Shown: positions 42,501-51,058, numbered from the stretch's first letter. The stretch: DNA of 64,000 nt from an uncultured Pseudomonadales bacterium (GCA_964635905.1 CAZWPK010000001.1:68894-132893), one strand, 5' to 3'. The notes: generated by a model from the sequence alone, not told the origin. A program made the numbers and translations.

Positions 42501-42510
42501 GCAAACTCAT
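27553..42510 (-). CDS. Giant 4985-aa repeat protein: MerR-type HTH, TM anchor, Gly/Thr/Asp-rich fibre-like repeats, GADLAEYF chaperone-like domain, C-terminal FNWWII domain
   Basis: LSIQEAARILKVSEKTLRRWEDRG..RTLGGHRRY, one hydrophobic helix near residue 150, recurring modules (GDISSVTAGSGLTGGG, TVQDVLDDLDAAI, DKTITFPDLSGTV, VGIGTTGP), then GADLAEYF..GYALE. Confidence 0.9.
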   Translation of the reverse strand: MSLPENHFDTSSLSIQEAARILKVSEKTLRRWEDRGILEPLRTLGGHRRYSYLQLQEFKKHKKAIERGLYTAPVSTSVPYGETAVTPTVVATTSTPIVSAPLVERSSITHSVSTHKQLSLRLPSFHLPTVSFPSLSIADLRPALVTVCCIALLALSSLIVTSTPSVEFAKLQTIALGFRLPRLQAPRFLVLGKKAPESVQMPSVILGSTALEYTRFSLNVDTVLNENFRVAKDATIAGSLTLESGQLLTSVTSASIFPSIAQLITIGSATSTTTVGGDLTIAGNTLSTPGDLVIDPGGGAVLIGDSTPGSIDSAAGDLFVSGDIELDGTLYGPNAQLTTATIGTLSLNGDSFTDLTGTGLLVSNGSLQTSLGTSIASAELEDGSIAAVDIKVSGTAANGALLSYNSATGGFSWGDGASLNLFTDGGDVTYLTATTDDLTIGSTLDLAKLGIDGDSDEIQFLIQGNSTQTANYFVIEASDGTDVLTINSAGSLNLTAGQDLSIGGIGLNDIGSSNTTSGAALIGVYDEFNNSNATTLQDVLDDFDSAMGSGASKWTDSGTLSYLTATTDDVAIGGSTLASSFSVNVASNLVRIGTGATADATLSLYSSTGDTGSLSYNTSDQFVFSGGNVLVSGQLLAGSTPVTLTTATGYLDADALQLISADGTGSTGSASGLEVDTDRIGLLQGCSDGQVLKWNDATSLWECGSDTGASFAVVNVENNDVAVGTNVDTLDFGTEFSLIASPSNEANISIANNAVDLGTQTVGNYVAGLTEGTAIDISGAAGEGWSPTVTFDSTEVGTTIFGANSNFTWTFDGSGATDPTLTFASDALTIAAGATAITGNLDVSGTFNSGTANAFQVDASGNLNTTGTLTAATNETINGIDITTGTVSDVVNLTINAGGDLTIGTIGLNDVGTDNITSGASLVGVFDEFGNSASTTVQDVLDDLDAAITAGAAGDISSVTAGSGLTGGGASGDVTLDIGAGTGISVAADAIAFDFTAALSGDHTLAANESKFGVSGLIFEGATANTIETYFSVADATSADKTITFPDLTGTVLLSGHTFTGDVTATLGASNTTALTIAADSVALGTDTTGNYVANVTGTNGITVTGTAGEGWTAALELASTTAGNGLTLTTGVLDVGAGNGITVATDSVAVDQAYAFVWTSDHSFQQADPTLYFNDTTSAAEDYYISVDADNFVIANNTDVRNDILIEGTGRINIGDNTTGKTIDIAGVSSSAADTVNIATNSTAADVITIGNNNASTTLALTGGDDWSISTAGAIVTASTISAATDETINGIDINTGTVTDVVNLTVNAGGDLTIGTIGLNDVGTTNITSGSSLVGVFDEFTNSNSTTVQDVLDDLDAAITAGAAGDISSVTAGSGLTGGGASGDVTLDIGAGTGISVAADAIAFDFTAALSGDHTLAANESKFGVSGLIFEGATANTIETYFSVADATSADKTITFPDLTGTVLLSGHTFTGDVTATLGASNTTALTIAADSVALGTDTTGNYVAGLTEGTAIDVSGTAGEAWSPTVTFDSTELGTTTFGSGSGVVWTFDVGATDPTFTFASDALTIAATSTGITGNLDVSGTLASGTANAFQVDGSGNISTSGTLAVNGGTATFGSNGTDGSIVVYNELGATDYSVTLQPSASQTGSYSLTLPVDDGTSDYVLTTNGSGVLSWQSVTGIGAGTGDITTVGSMATGDVFTDATADDDWLGLGASAGRIEFDDQATDEVNIIAANVGIGTQTPSSALHVAGATGITIGTDIGSGSSNVPGKLALISNGDNAYSTVFQTGTQTQDVTYTLPTNDGSSNQVLITDGAGVLSWIDVTGIGGAGDITSVVAGSGLTGGGVSGDVTLNIGEGTAIDINADDIAWDSTEVGTTTFGSGSGITWTFDAGATDPTIAFASDSITLTGGTITAAGTLALGSNNLTVTGGTLSTAELLLLDGRSGTLVDSNNVATYATTGVTAGSGLTGGGTVGALTLNIGAGTGISVAADAIAFDFTAALSGDHTLAANESKFGVSGLIFEGATANTIETYFAITDPTASDKTITFPDLSGTVLLSGHTFTGDVTATLDSDNSTGLTIAADSVALGTDTTGNYVAGLTEGTAIDISGSAGEAWSPTVTFDSTELGTTTFGSGSGVTWTFDVGATDPTLAFASDALTITAGSTAVAGNLDVSGTLTSGTGNAFQVDASGNVNTTGTLTAATNETINGIDITTGTVSDVVNLTINAGGDLTIGAIGLNDVGTDNITSGASLVGVFDEFGNSASTTVQDVLDDLDAAITTASAGDISSVTAGSGLTGGGVSGDVTLDIGAGTGISVVADAIAFDFTAALSGDHTLAATESKFGQSGLIFEGATANTIETYLAVTDPTTTDKTITLPDLSGTVLLSGHTFTGDVTATLGASNTTALTIAADSVALGTDTTGNYVAGLTEGTAIDISGTAGEAWSPTVTFDSTELGTTTFGSGSGITWTFDVGATDPTLAFASDALTITAGSTAIAGNLDISGTLTSGTGNAFQVDASGAITAATAETINGIDISSGTVTDVVNLTVNAGGDLTIGTIGLNDVGSDNITSGASLVGVFDEFGNSASTTVQDVLDDLDAAITAGAAGDISSVTAGSGLTGGGVSGDVTLNVGEGTAIDINADDIAWDSTEVGTTTYGSGSGITWTFDAGATDPTIAFGSDTMTLTAGTITTAGTLALGSNNLTITGGTLSTAELLLLDGRSGTLVDSNNVATYATTGVTAGSGLTGGGTVGALTLDIGAGTGIAVNANDIAFDFTAALSGDHTLSANNAKFGQSGLIFEGATTNTIETYFTVTDPTTSDKTITFPDLSGTVLLSGHTFTGDITATLGASNTTALTISSDSVALGTDTTGNYVAGLTEGTAIDVSGTPGEGWSPTVTFDSTELGTTTFGSGSGVVWTFDVGATDPTLTFASDALTITAGSTGITGNLDVSGTLTSGTANAFQVDASGNLNTTGTLTAATNETINGIDITTGTVSDVVNLTINAGGDLTIGTIGLNDVGTDNITSGSSLVGTFDEFANSASTTVQDVLDDLDASITTALAGDISSVTAGSGLTGGGVSGDVTLNIGEGTAIDINADDIAWDSTEVGTTTYGSGSDFTWTLNGSGVTDPTLAAGNNSLTLTAGTITAAGTLALGSNNVTVTGGTLSTAELLLLDGRSGTLVDSNNVATYATTGVTAGSGLTGGGTVGALTLNIGAGTGISVAADAIAFDFTAALSGDHTLAANESKFGVSGLIFEGATANTIETYFSVADATSADKTITFPDLTGTVLLSGHTFTGDVTATLGAANTTALTIASDSVALGTDTTGNYIAGLTEGTAIDVSGSAGEAWSPTVTFDSTELGTTTFGSGSGITWTFDAGATDPTLAFASDALTITAGSTGITGNLDVSGTLISGTANAFQVDASGAITAATAETINGIDINTGTVSDVVNLTINTGGDLTIGAIGLNDVGTDNITSGASLVGVFDEFGNSASTTVQDVLDDLDAAIAGSGGDITSVVAGSGLTGGGITGDVTLNVGEGTAIDINADDIAWDSTEVGTTTYGSGSGFTWTFDAGATDPTLAFASDSMTLTAGAITAAGNLTVSGTTGLTLSGVGGDITFANGEKIDNDTDGTVTITAPTTAVSGDLSVGGGDITTAGGENIDLGEATADTATFYINSVAELALNATNLTAGAAEGNSLGSAAAEWEQLFLGDDNGIAFGLDQDWTLGYDEATDDRLELVTAGTSGMLIQSATATGTGLATTFNALSSGTGLALSSTSTALTSGSLASLDWSPGSATTASGDLFRINIGTNGTTTGNLFDIEDTGSSLFSVSESAITANLPTSFTAAGDVSMAYDLLFTNQTAAYIKSYGPLILQAGESFENNNLSFQTYGTGNAVFDFQGTGDVVINSADPNIILDTKTATDTDFWLGVQEDAGSDDDDLFQIGDGTTPGTNAFLTINTSGNVGIGTTGPDGKLDVLATSGSQLRLTYADGSTYSDLTTDTNGDLTIAPSGGDLTLSGNTTISGTTGLTLSGVGGDITFANGEKIDNDTDGTVTITAPTTAVSGDLSVGGGDITTAGGENIDLGEATADTATFYINSVAELALNATNLTAGAAEGNSLGSAAAEWEQLFLGDDNGIAFGLDQDWTLGYDEATDDRLELVTAGTSGMLIQSATATGTGLALSVNALSSGTGLSLASTSTAFTSGFLANFDWSPGSATSATGDLFRINIGTNGSTSGNLFSVADTASSLFSVSETAITAALPVAFNAPGDVSMAYDLQFTNQTTSSIKSKAPLYIEAGENYESNDLTLRTYNGGDIVADLTGTGNFVVSNTSTSVTGTTATDLNVAGGFITTNDLDTISLLVRNGNTGAITMTNVGTAGAQGDPGVLTVEGAGSSTTAYNLITAYNSLTRSDAASVFRVRADGTVYGEAAFQTTGADLAEYFEKEGDLPTNEVVGINYETGKVRRFQSGDKLLGITSNRAGFVGNYPKGKTDEQIAASYALVGFTGQLDVKLDDQEGSIRPGDPLRPSTQSGRATKANKPGYIIGYALEAWTPGSGDRDVLVYVNPSFADPTMALDNQGQMVADGLAQLASNPEAEANKTLIRSIAASLSEIVESTSNVFTTLIAGTIQSSSIQTDTLTVGGKSLHNLVIDTIAQNGYLVSQSERVDTREASISGILTAAEATISGNLTAKNITEMANRLITAEASISSLLAQDSTISGQQKDELLASLNPEIKLIVSDLLSDSADWNTEASSSADLISADAVFANEYLNVQGTASITNAHINTALIVGSSMAFDKNSINLISDTESTLYVQATGTGTLDLLAGALTLNREGGLVVTTDALFTQDVTVQGQLSTTLIAPESKILGIQLASESGVLSSESGKLAIKSGMTEVASIDASGSATFAKLTLSAPTTASGSATNASTGKAVLKQGQTDVIIYTTQVSSDSLIYITPTSSTNNQVLYVSGKQGQDETTTTVGGFTVTLDQALSKDVEFNWWIIN
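30044..31671. repeat. Intragenic direct repeat pair, about 368 bp (30044-30411 and 31304-31671)
   Basis: Nucleotide-identical stretches at offset 1260 within a longer near-duplicate. Confidence 0.85.
38003..39690. repeat. Intragenic direct repeat pair, about 449 bp (38003-38451 and 39242-39690)
   Basis: Nucleotide-identical at offset 1239. The ORF track shows identical antisense 74-aa ORFs at 38042 and 39281. Confidence 0.85.
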
Positions 42511-42559
42511 ACATGGGTAAGTTTTTAACTCAGTCTCTTTTCGTTAACCTCTTGATCAA

Positions 42560-42662
42560 ATGTCCAATTCTTGTTTTCGTTTTATGTCCAAATTTAGTAG
42601 ACCATTTTTTCGCACCCGGTGTCAAGCATGGAAATTGGACATTTTTATGAGTAAAAGTCCAA
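42560..42662. promoter_or_regulatory. Cluster of ATGTCCAA-type motifs upstream of the giant gene
   Basis: ATGTCCAA at 42560 and 42584, TTGGACAT at 42635, AAGTCCAA at 42655. They flank a minus-strand TTGACA (42625-42620). Confidence 0.55.
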
Positions 42663-43427
42663 GTTTTTATAGGCAGATGCAATCCCGTCTTTTTTGTGTC
42701 AAAAACCTCAAATTTGATGGCAAATTGACTAAAAATACTCTGGAAATGAAATGAACTGCATAGTGCTCTGAATACCTAAAAACCTGCGGTAGTAGCGCGG
42801 TAATATCACAAGAATACGAATCTCTTGCTTTCAAGATGTAGACAGGTAAAAAATAGTTATCACCGCAGATTAAATCAGAGATAACGCGGCAGTATTATTT
42901 GCAAGAAGTATGGAAATGGATTTTTTGTGCTGTAACCGAACTGAGTAGCTTTTTTCTTCACTTTAGTATCCAAACAGCACTTTTTTTAAACTGTCTCAAC
43001 ACGTTCTTGCAATCCCCGTACTCAGAAAATGGAGTTTTTCCGACCAAGGGGGTACGCAAACGGGGAATACCGCACGCTCATTCTCCTCGTCTCCCGTCGA
43101 TTGCGGTGGGAAGCCAGCCTATCGGCATACCCAACATATAGCGACATCTACTTTGGGTGCAACCCAATCTCAATGAGTGCGTCGATTACTACGATGCAAA
43201 GAAGAGCTCCTTAATCCAACCGTAGGTTTATGATCAATCTTCTTATAGAGTAAATGTCCAAGTTTCGCGGCACGAAATGTTCTAAATACATTGTGTTCAT
43301 CGGTAATTTAATACGCACTGTCGTTGCGTAAAATGGCCAATCTACTGCCGAACGATGCTTCGGGTATTCATTCCTCGGTGTGGAACCACTTTGCATATCG
43401 ACCAAGAACAACGCTATACTAAGCCTA

Positions 43428-44198
43428 ATGCATCGTATTGGAATCTATCTACTAGCGGCTCTATTTCTTCTCTTCGTTTCTTCGCGCAGTGTCTCTGCTC
43501 AAATAAGTTCATCGGGAGTCGCAACACCCGTGATCGTGGGGGGGACTGCGCCCTCCCTTGGAAGCGTAATCTGTTCTGGAAAGGGAAGTTATGAACTCTG
43601 CTCCAATACCTATGACACTTCTATCTTTGGTGTCGTTTCGACGATTCCTGCAGCCTCGTTTGACATGGAGCCGCAAGAGAATCAGTACTTGGCTGTTACC
43701 CATGGAAAGACGATCGTCCAAGTTGTGGGAAGTGGAGGAGCGATTAAAAATGGAGATTTGCTAACGAGTTCCGAGCGACCGGGGTTTGCCCAGAAAGCCG
43801 ATCGCAATGGCTATGTTTTGGGGATGGCTCTGGAAGATTTTAACCCGAATAGTCCGGATGAAACGACAACGCTGCTCGTGTCCTTAAACATCCATCCCAC
43901 GACCATTTTTATTGACGTCAAGAACAATTTGTTTAAAGCACTTCAACAAGGATTGTCCGCACCGATTTTGACGCCACTAGCTGCCATGCGCTATATGATT
44001 GCGGCGTTGGTCACCGTACTCTCGTTCATTCTTGGGTTCGTCTATTTTGGCCGATTTGCAAAAACCGGAATTGAAGCGATCGGACGAAATCCTCTGGCGC
44101 GGTTTCAAATCCAAACCACTGTTATTTTTAACTTATTCTTAATGGCAGGAATCTTTGTGGTCGGACTCGCGCTCTCGTACTTTATCTTAGTCTTGTAG
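43428..44198 (+). CDS. Signal peptide + exported beta domain + C-terminal ATP synthase subunit-c-like hairpin lacking the carboxylate
   Basis: MHRIGIYLLAALFLLFVSSRSVSA|Q signal, GDLLTSSERPG..GYVLGMALEDF domain, two TM helices joined by GIEAIGRNPLARFQIQT. TTGCAT-18-TATACT lies 7 nt before ATG 43428. Confidence 0.75.
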   Translation: MHRIGIYLLAALFLLFVSSRSVSAQISSSGVATPVIVGGTAPSLGSVICSGKGSYELCSNTYDTSIFGVVSTIPAASFDMEPQENQYLAVTHGKTIVQVVGSGGAIKNGDLLTSSERPGFAQKADRNGYVLGMALEDFNPNSPDETTTLLVSLNIHPTTIFIDVKNNLFKALQQGLSAPILTPLAAMRYMIAALVTVLSFILGFVYFGRFAKTGIEAIGRNPLARFQIQTTVIFNLFLMAGIFVVGLALSYFILVL

Positions 44199-44217
44199 TG
44201 AACCGCGTTGGTTTAAA

Positions 44218-45912
44218 GTGATTATGCTCAGTTTCTTACGACCATTGTTTGCTCCCAAGTTTCGTCCGGCTGCCAATGCCATTCCGCCCGTGGTGCTGAT
44301 TTCTCTGGACGGGTGGGGCATTGCCCCCGATTCTCATGGAAATGCGATCACCCAGGCAAAAACACCGAACTGGGACAGCTATCTTTCCACCTACCCTAAC
44401 TCGCAGCTCATTGCATCGGGAGAATCGGTCGGATTACCAGCCAATGAAGTCGGTAACTCGGAGGTGGGGCATTTAACCATGGGGGTAGGACGCGTGATCT
44501 TTGAGAGTTTGCTGCGGATCAACAAAGCCATTGAAGATGAATCTTTTTTTCGTAATGAAGCACTCCTTGCGGCCATCGACTACGTGCAGGCCCATCACAG
44601 TACATTACATTTGTTGGGACTGGTGGGAGCAGGGAACGTTCACTCTTCTGTCTCGCATCTGTATGCCTTATTAGAACTTGCTAAACGCGCGAAGCTTCCC
44701 AAGGTTTGTTTGCATGTCTTTACGGATGGGCGTGACTCTCCACCGCATGATGGGGTCAATGTAATTACCAAACTAGAATATGAGATTAAGGAACACTATC
44801 CCTTTGCGCGGATTGCTACAGTCTCAGGACGCTACTACGCGATGGACCGGGACACCCGTTGGGAACGCACGCAGAAAGCCTACGACGCAATTGTGATGGG
44901 GAAGGGAGTCCAAGCCCACAATGCAACGACGGCGGTCAGTGCCTCGTATAAAGACGGGAAGACGGATGAGTTTATTGAAGCAACGGTGATTGTGGACGCG
45001 GCTGGAAACTGCAGCCCCGTCAATGACAATGATGCCTGCATTTTCTTTAATTTCCGTGTCGACCGTCCGCGTCAGTTAACCAAAGCGTTTGTGCTCCCCG
45101 ATTTTGAATCCGGTGCATTTCAATTCGAAGAAGAGAAGAAGACTCCTTCCGCATTTCATCAACCCAAGCCTACATTTAAACGGGAAAAGCGGCCCGCCAA
45201 TCTGTTTTTTGTGACGATGACGGAGTATCAACAGGGGTTGCCAGTGAGTAAGATTGCATTTCCCAACGATACCGTACAGCACTCGCTCCCCGAAGTTCTT
45301 GCTGCAGCAAAACTCCGTCAGTTTCATCTAGCAGAAAGCGAAAAGGAACGAATGGTGACCTATTATTTCGATGGTCTACGCATCGACAAATTTCCCGGAG
45401 AAGACACCTTAATCATTCCATCTCCATCCGTGGGAACCTATGATCGAAAGCCAGAAATGTCACTTCCCGCAATCGTGGATGCTTTTAAAACGGCTCTTGC
45501 GTCCAATACCTATCACTTCTTCATGCTCAACTTTGCCAACCCCGATATGGTCGCGCACAGTGGCAAACTCAAAGCCACCATTAAGGCGTGTGAGATTGTC
45601 GATTGGGCGCTGGGGGACATGGTGCCGATGGTGTTGTCAGTAGGAGGGACCGTGTTTATCACCGCTGATCACGGCAATGCGGAGGAACTTCTAACCTTTG
45701 ATTCTTCCGGGTTCTTCTTTACCACCAGAGAAGGGGCGATGAATACCGAACACTCTAATAATCCGGTTCCATTCGTCATGATTAATACTGCCTATCAAGG
45801 AAAAACCCAAGCGTTGGCTGACGGAAGTTTGGCGGATGTTGCTCCCACCATTTTGACCCTCCTACAACTTCCAATCCCGGAACAGATGACCGGGCAAAAC
45901 CTACTCAAGTAA
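44218..45912 (+). CDS. gpmI: 2,3-bisphosphoglycerate-independent phosphoglycerate mutase
   Basis: LDGWG, GNSEVGH, DGRD, GRYYAMDRD, NPDMVAHSG, TADHGNAE. Confidence 0.96.
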   Translation: MIMLSFLRPLFAPKFRPAANAIPPVVLISLDGWGIAPDSHGNAITQAKTPNWDSYLSTYPNSQLIASGESVGLPANEVGNSEVGHLTMGVGRVIFESLLRINKAIEDESFFRNEALLAAIDYVQAHHSTLHLLGLVGAGNVHSSVSHLYALLELAKRAKLPKVCLHVFTDGRDSPPHDGVNVITKLEYEIKEHYPFARIATVSGRYYAMDRDTRWERTQKAYDAIVMGKGVQAHNATTAVSASYKDGKTDEFIEATVIVDAAGNCSPVNDNDACIFFNFRVDRPRQLTKAFVLPDFESGAFQFEEEKKTPSAFHQPKPTFKREKRPANLFFVTMTEYQQGLPVSKIAFPNDTVQHSLPEVLAAAKLRQFHLAESEKERMVTYYFDGLRIDKFPGEDTLIIPSPSVGTYDRKPEMSLPAIVDAFKTALASNTYHFFMLNFANPDMVAHSGKLKATIKACEIVDWALGDMVPMVLSVGGTVFITADHGNAEELLTFDSSGFFFTTREGAMNTEHSNNPVPFVMINTAYQGKTQALADGSLADVAPTILTLLQLPIPEQMTGQNLLK

Positions 45913-45980
45913 TCCCGCGAACTCTCGTTGCAGTACGGTTTGATTTTGAATTTTTGGTTGCTTTAGTTCACAATGAAACA

Positions 45981-46589
45981 ATGGAGTTAACGCCCTTACT
46001 GATTTACGAATCATTCATCCTGATCATCGGAGTTTCTGCCGTCCTTGCCTTTGCGGCGTTCTACTATCGACTCTTAAAAGGCTACACGCTCCTGCGCCAA
46101 GACTACATCGCCCTGGAAGCCAAAACGAAAAAAGATTCTGCTGCGCTTCTGGAAGACTCACAGCAGCAAGCGATTCGGATTATTCGGGAATCCCGTGTTC
46201 TCTCCGAAGAACTCAAAGAAAAATTGGCAACCATCCTGACAGCCGCAGCCAAGAGTGAAGGGAAAGCCTACGAAGAAGTACTGGAGGGTGTGGAAGAAGA
46301 TCTCAAACGAGAATCACTGTCCAAAGTGGATGCGTTTGCCAAGAGTCTTGAAAAGGAAACTGTGTCTTCCCAGCATGAGATCGAGAAACGACTGGAATCC
46401 GCGTATGCCGCTGTGGATACCGAGGTGGAGATGGTAAAGAAAGCAAAACTAGCCAAGTTGGATACGCAAATTGCTGCCATCGTCACCGAGGTGATTTCTG
46501 CCTCTACGGGGAAAGTAGTTTCTTTGCAAGATCACGACGATTGGATTCGAAAGGCCCTCAAGGATGCAACCAAGCAAGCTGGACTCTAA
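45981..46589 (+). CDS. ATP synthase subunit b-like peripheral stalk protein
   Basis: One N-terminal TM helix followed by a long charged coiled coil, immediately upstream of the delta-like gene. Start set at ATG 45981. Confidence 0.6.
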   Translation: MELTPLLIYESFILIIGVSAVLAFAAFYYRLLKGYTLLRQDYIALEAKTKKDSAALLEDSQQQAIRIIRESRVLSEELKEKLATILTAAAKSEGKAYEEVLEGVEEDLKRESLSKVDAFAKSLEKETVSSQHEIEKRLESAYAAVDTEVEMVKKAKLAKLDTQIAAIVTEVISASTGKVVSLQDHDDWIRKALKDATKQAGL

Positions 46590-47049
46590 CCTCAAGCAGT
46601 TCCTGGTCACCATCGATGATAAAGTGGCGATGCTGCAAGCGATTGCCAAATTAAAACTGGTGCAGTTCTCCACGAGTTCGGATGCCTTGGCTTCGACGCT
46701 TAAAAACGACGTTTCCTATGATGTGGCAACCGCACTTTCCGGATTACTCAAAGAGGAAACTCCTCCTAGTTTTGAAGCGATTGAAACATGGCTCACCAAA
46801 CTTCCAGTCGTTTCGTTGACGTTGCCATTTTCCCCAACACGAAGTCAGTTGCAAGCCTATCAAGAAATTCTGCAAACAGAAGGGAAACAGGAAACGATCC
46901 TCTTGCAGATTCAGGTGCGTCCCCAACTCCTTGCAGGGGTGCAGATAGAGATTGCGGGGTCGTATCGTGATTATTCACTCCAAACGGCTCTGGATTCTTT
47001 TGTACATACCCCGGCGTATCAAGCCATACTCACCAAACATCTGCAATGA
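46564..47049 (+). CDS. atpH: F1 ATPase delta (OSCP)-like subunit
   Basis: C-terminal VRPQLLAGVQIEIAGSYRDYSL matches the delta DPxLIGGxxIxxGxxxxDxS pattern. Position before alpha. Confidence 0.7.
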   Translation: MQPSKLDSNLKQFLVTIDDKVAMLQAIAKLKLVQFSTSSDALASTLKNDVSYDVATALSGLLKEETPPSFEAIETWLTKLPVVSLTLPFSPTRSQLQAYQEILQTEGKQETILLQIQVRPQLLAGVQIEIAGSYRDYSLQTALDSFVHTPAYQAILTKHLQ

Positions 47050-48507
47050 AAACCTTTCAGGACTACCTTACCAGTACGCAGGAAATCGGCTATGTTGAAA
47101 AGCTGTTACATGGATTAGTGACGGTCACGGGGATTCCCAGTGTGCGCTTGTTTGAACTTGTGATATTGGAATCCGGTGAGATGGGACAAGTGATTAGTTT
47201 GACTCCAGAAATGGTTGAAGTCTTGTTGTTTACCGCAACTCCCATTCAGGCTGGTACCCGGGTCGTGCGAACGAATGAGCGGTTATCCGTAGGCTTGGGT
47301 CAGGGGATCTTGGGAAAACGTCTAAATGCGCTCGGTGAAGTCACTGGACTGTATGCCCCGATTCAAGTCGATGAATACCGTGGGATTGATATTCGTCCGC
47401 AAGGAATCATGGCTCGCGCTCCCATTGAAAAGCCTTTAGAAACCGGGGTTGCCGTTGTCGACTTGATCATCCCCTTAGCCAAAGGTCAGCGTCAGCTGAT
47501 TATCGGAGATCGAAAGTCCGGGAAAACCACCTTCTTACTGCAGACCCTTTTAACCCAAGCAAAAAACGGATTAGTTTGTGTGGTGGCGGCGATTGGGAAA
47601 CGCGCAATCGAGATTCGACAACTGGAAGACTTCATCAAGGCCAATGGAATTGAGTCGCAAGTGGTGATTGTCGCCTCCGCTTCCTCGGATCCTTCTGGCC
47701 TCATCTTTTTAACTCCCTATACCGCAATGACAGTGGCCGAGTATTTCCGTGATCAGGGCAGGGACACGCTGATCATCATGGATGATCTGTCGATGCATGC
47801 GGCAGTCTACCGCGAAATCACGCTGATTGCCCGACGGTTCCCCGGTCGTGCTGCCTATCCCGGAGATATCTTTTACACCCATGCCCGCTTGATGGAACGG
47901 GGAGGAAACTACAAGTCAAAATCAGGCAGTTCGGTGTCTATCACAGTCTTACCCGTCATTCAAACCGCAATGGGGGATTTGGCTGCCTACATTACCACGA
48001 ATATCATGTCCATGACCGATGGCCATTTGTATTTTGATACCCAGCTATTCGATCAGGGACGTCGACCCTCGGTCAATCCCTTTCTCTCGGTTACGCGTGT
48101 GGGACTGGAAGCCCAAACACCCATTCAACGCGATGTTTCAAGAAGCCTGCAAAGTTTCTTAGTCCAGCACGAGAAAATGAAACAATATACCCACTTTGGC
48201 GCCGAAGTCTCGCAGGGTGTTCGTGATACCTTGGCCTTAGGGGATCGGATCTATACCTTCTTTCAACAGCTCTCCGATGAAGTCTATCCCATCCACGTGA
48301 GTATCTTAATCTTGGCGCTACTCTGGGGTGGACTCTGGGCAGAGTTAGAACCGGAAAAAATGAAAGCGCTCATGAAAAAAACGATTCAACGTTACCAGGA
48401 AGAAGCCAGCTTTACCTCGCAAGTCGATACGCTGATTACGCAAGCGGCTGATTTTACCCAGCTCGTTGCTACCGCCAAATCACAGATAGATACACTCAAA
48501 GTTCGCT

Positions 48508-48518
<11 letters not shown>
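47046..48518 (+). CDS. atpA: F1 ATPase alpha subunit (divergent)
   Basis: GQRQLIIGDRKSGKT, AEYFRDQG, DDLSMHA, RFPGRAAYPGDIFYTHARLMER, TNIMSMTDG. Confidence 0.93.
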
Positions 48519-50755
<2,237 letters not shown>

Positions 50756-50760
50756 TCACT

Positions 50761-51021
50761 ATGGCAACGTACCCCCCAATGATGCTCACGGTTAAAAGCC
50801 GCGAAAAGACGCTTTTTGAAGGTGAAGTGACATCGATAACTTCCTATAACGAAAAAGGTAAATTTGACGTTCTACCGCTCCACAGCAATTTTATTTCTCT
50901 AATCGGTGAAAAAATCATCATCCAACCCACCGTAGGTCCTACGCAAGAAATTCAGCTAGATAATGCCGTGCTGCGTGTGATAGAAAACACGATCCAAATC
51001 TTCATTGGCATCGAGCGCTAA
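50761..51021 (+). CDS. atpC: F1 ATPase epsilon subunit, beta-sandwich only
   Basis: LFEGEVTSI..GKFDVLPLHSNFIS. 86 aa with no C-terminal helical hairpin. Confidence 0.8.
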   Translation: MATYPPMMLTVKSREKTLFEGEVTSITSYNEKGKFDVLPLHSNFISLIGEKIIIQPTVGPTQEIQLDNAVLRVIENTIQIFIGIER

Positions 51022-51058
51022 CACCAATTTTTAAACAGTTCTTTACTTGTCCCACGAG

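Noticed and set aside
17840-42510. Many plus-strand ORFs of 60-311 aa opposite the giant and LamG genes
   Set aside because: They are antisense shadows of biased Gly/Thr/Asp codons. They repeat with the protein repeats and have no motifs.
27553-42510. Prophage or tail-fibre locus
   Set aside because: Fibre-like motifs are present, but there is no integrase, terminase, capsid or portal gene, and the protein has a TM anchor.
42858-42870. TATCACCGCAGAT resembling a lambda operator half
   Set aside because: Short match without the symmetric half and no phage repressor context, so probably chance.
43025-43045. Fluoride riboswitch-like ATGGAGTT
   Set aside because: Lacks the flanking GGCG/CGCC stem, the downstream pseudoknot partner and any fluoride-related gene.
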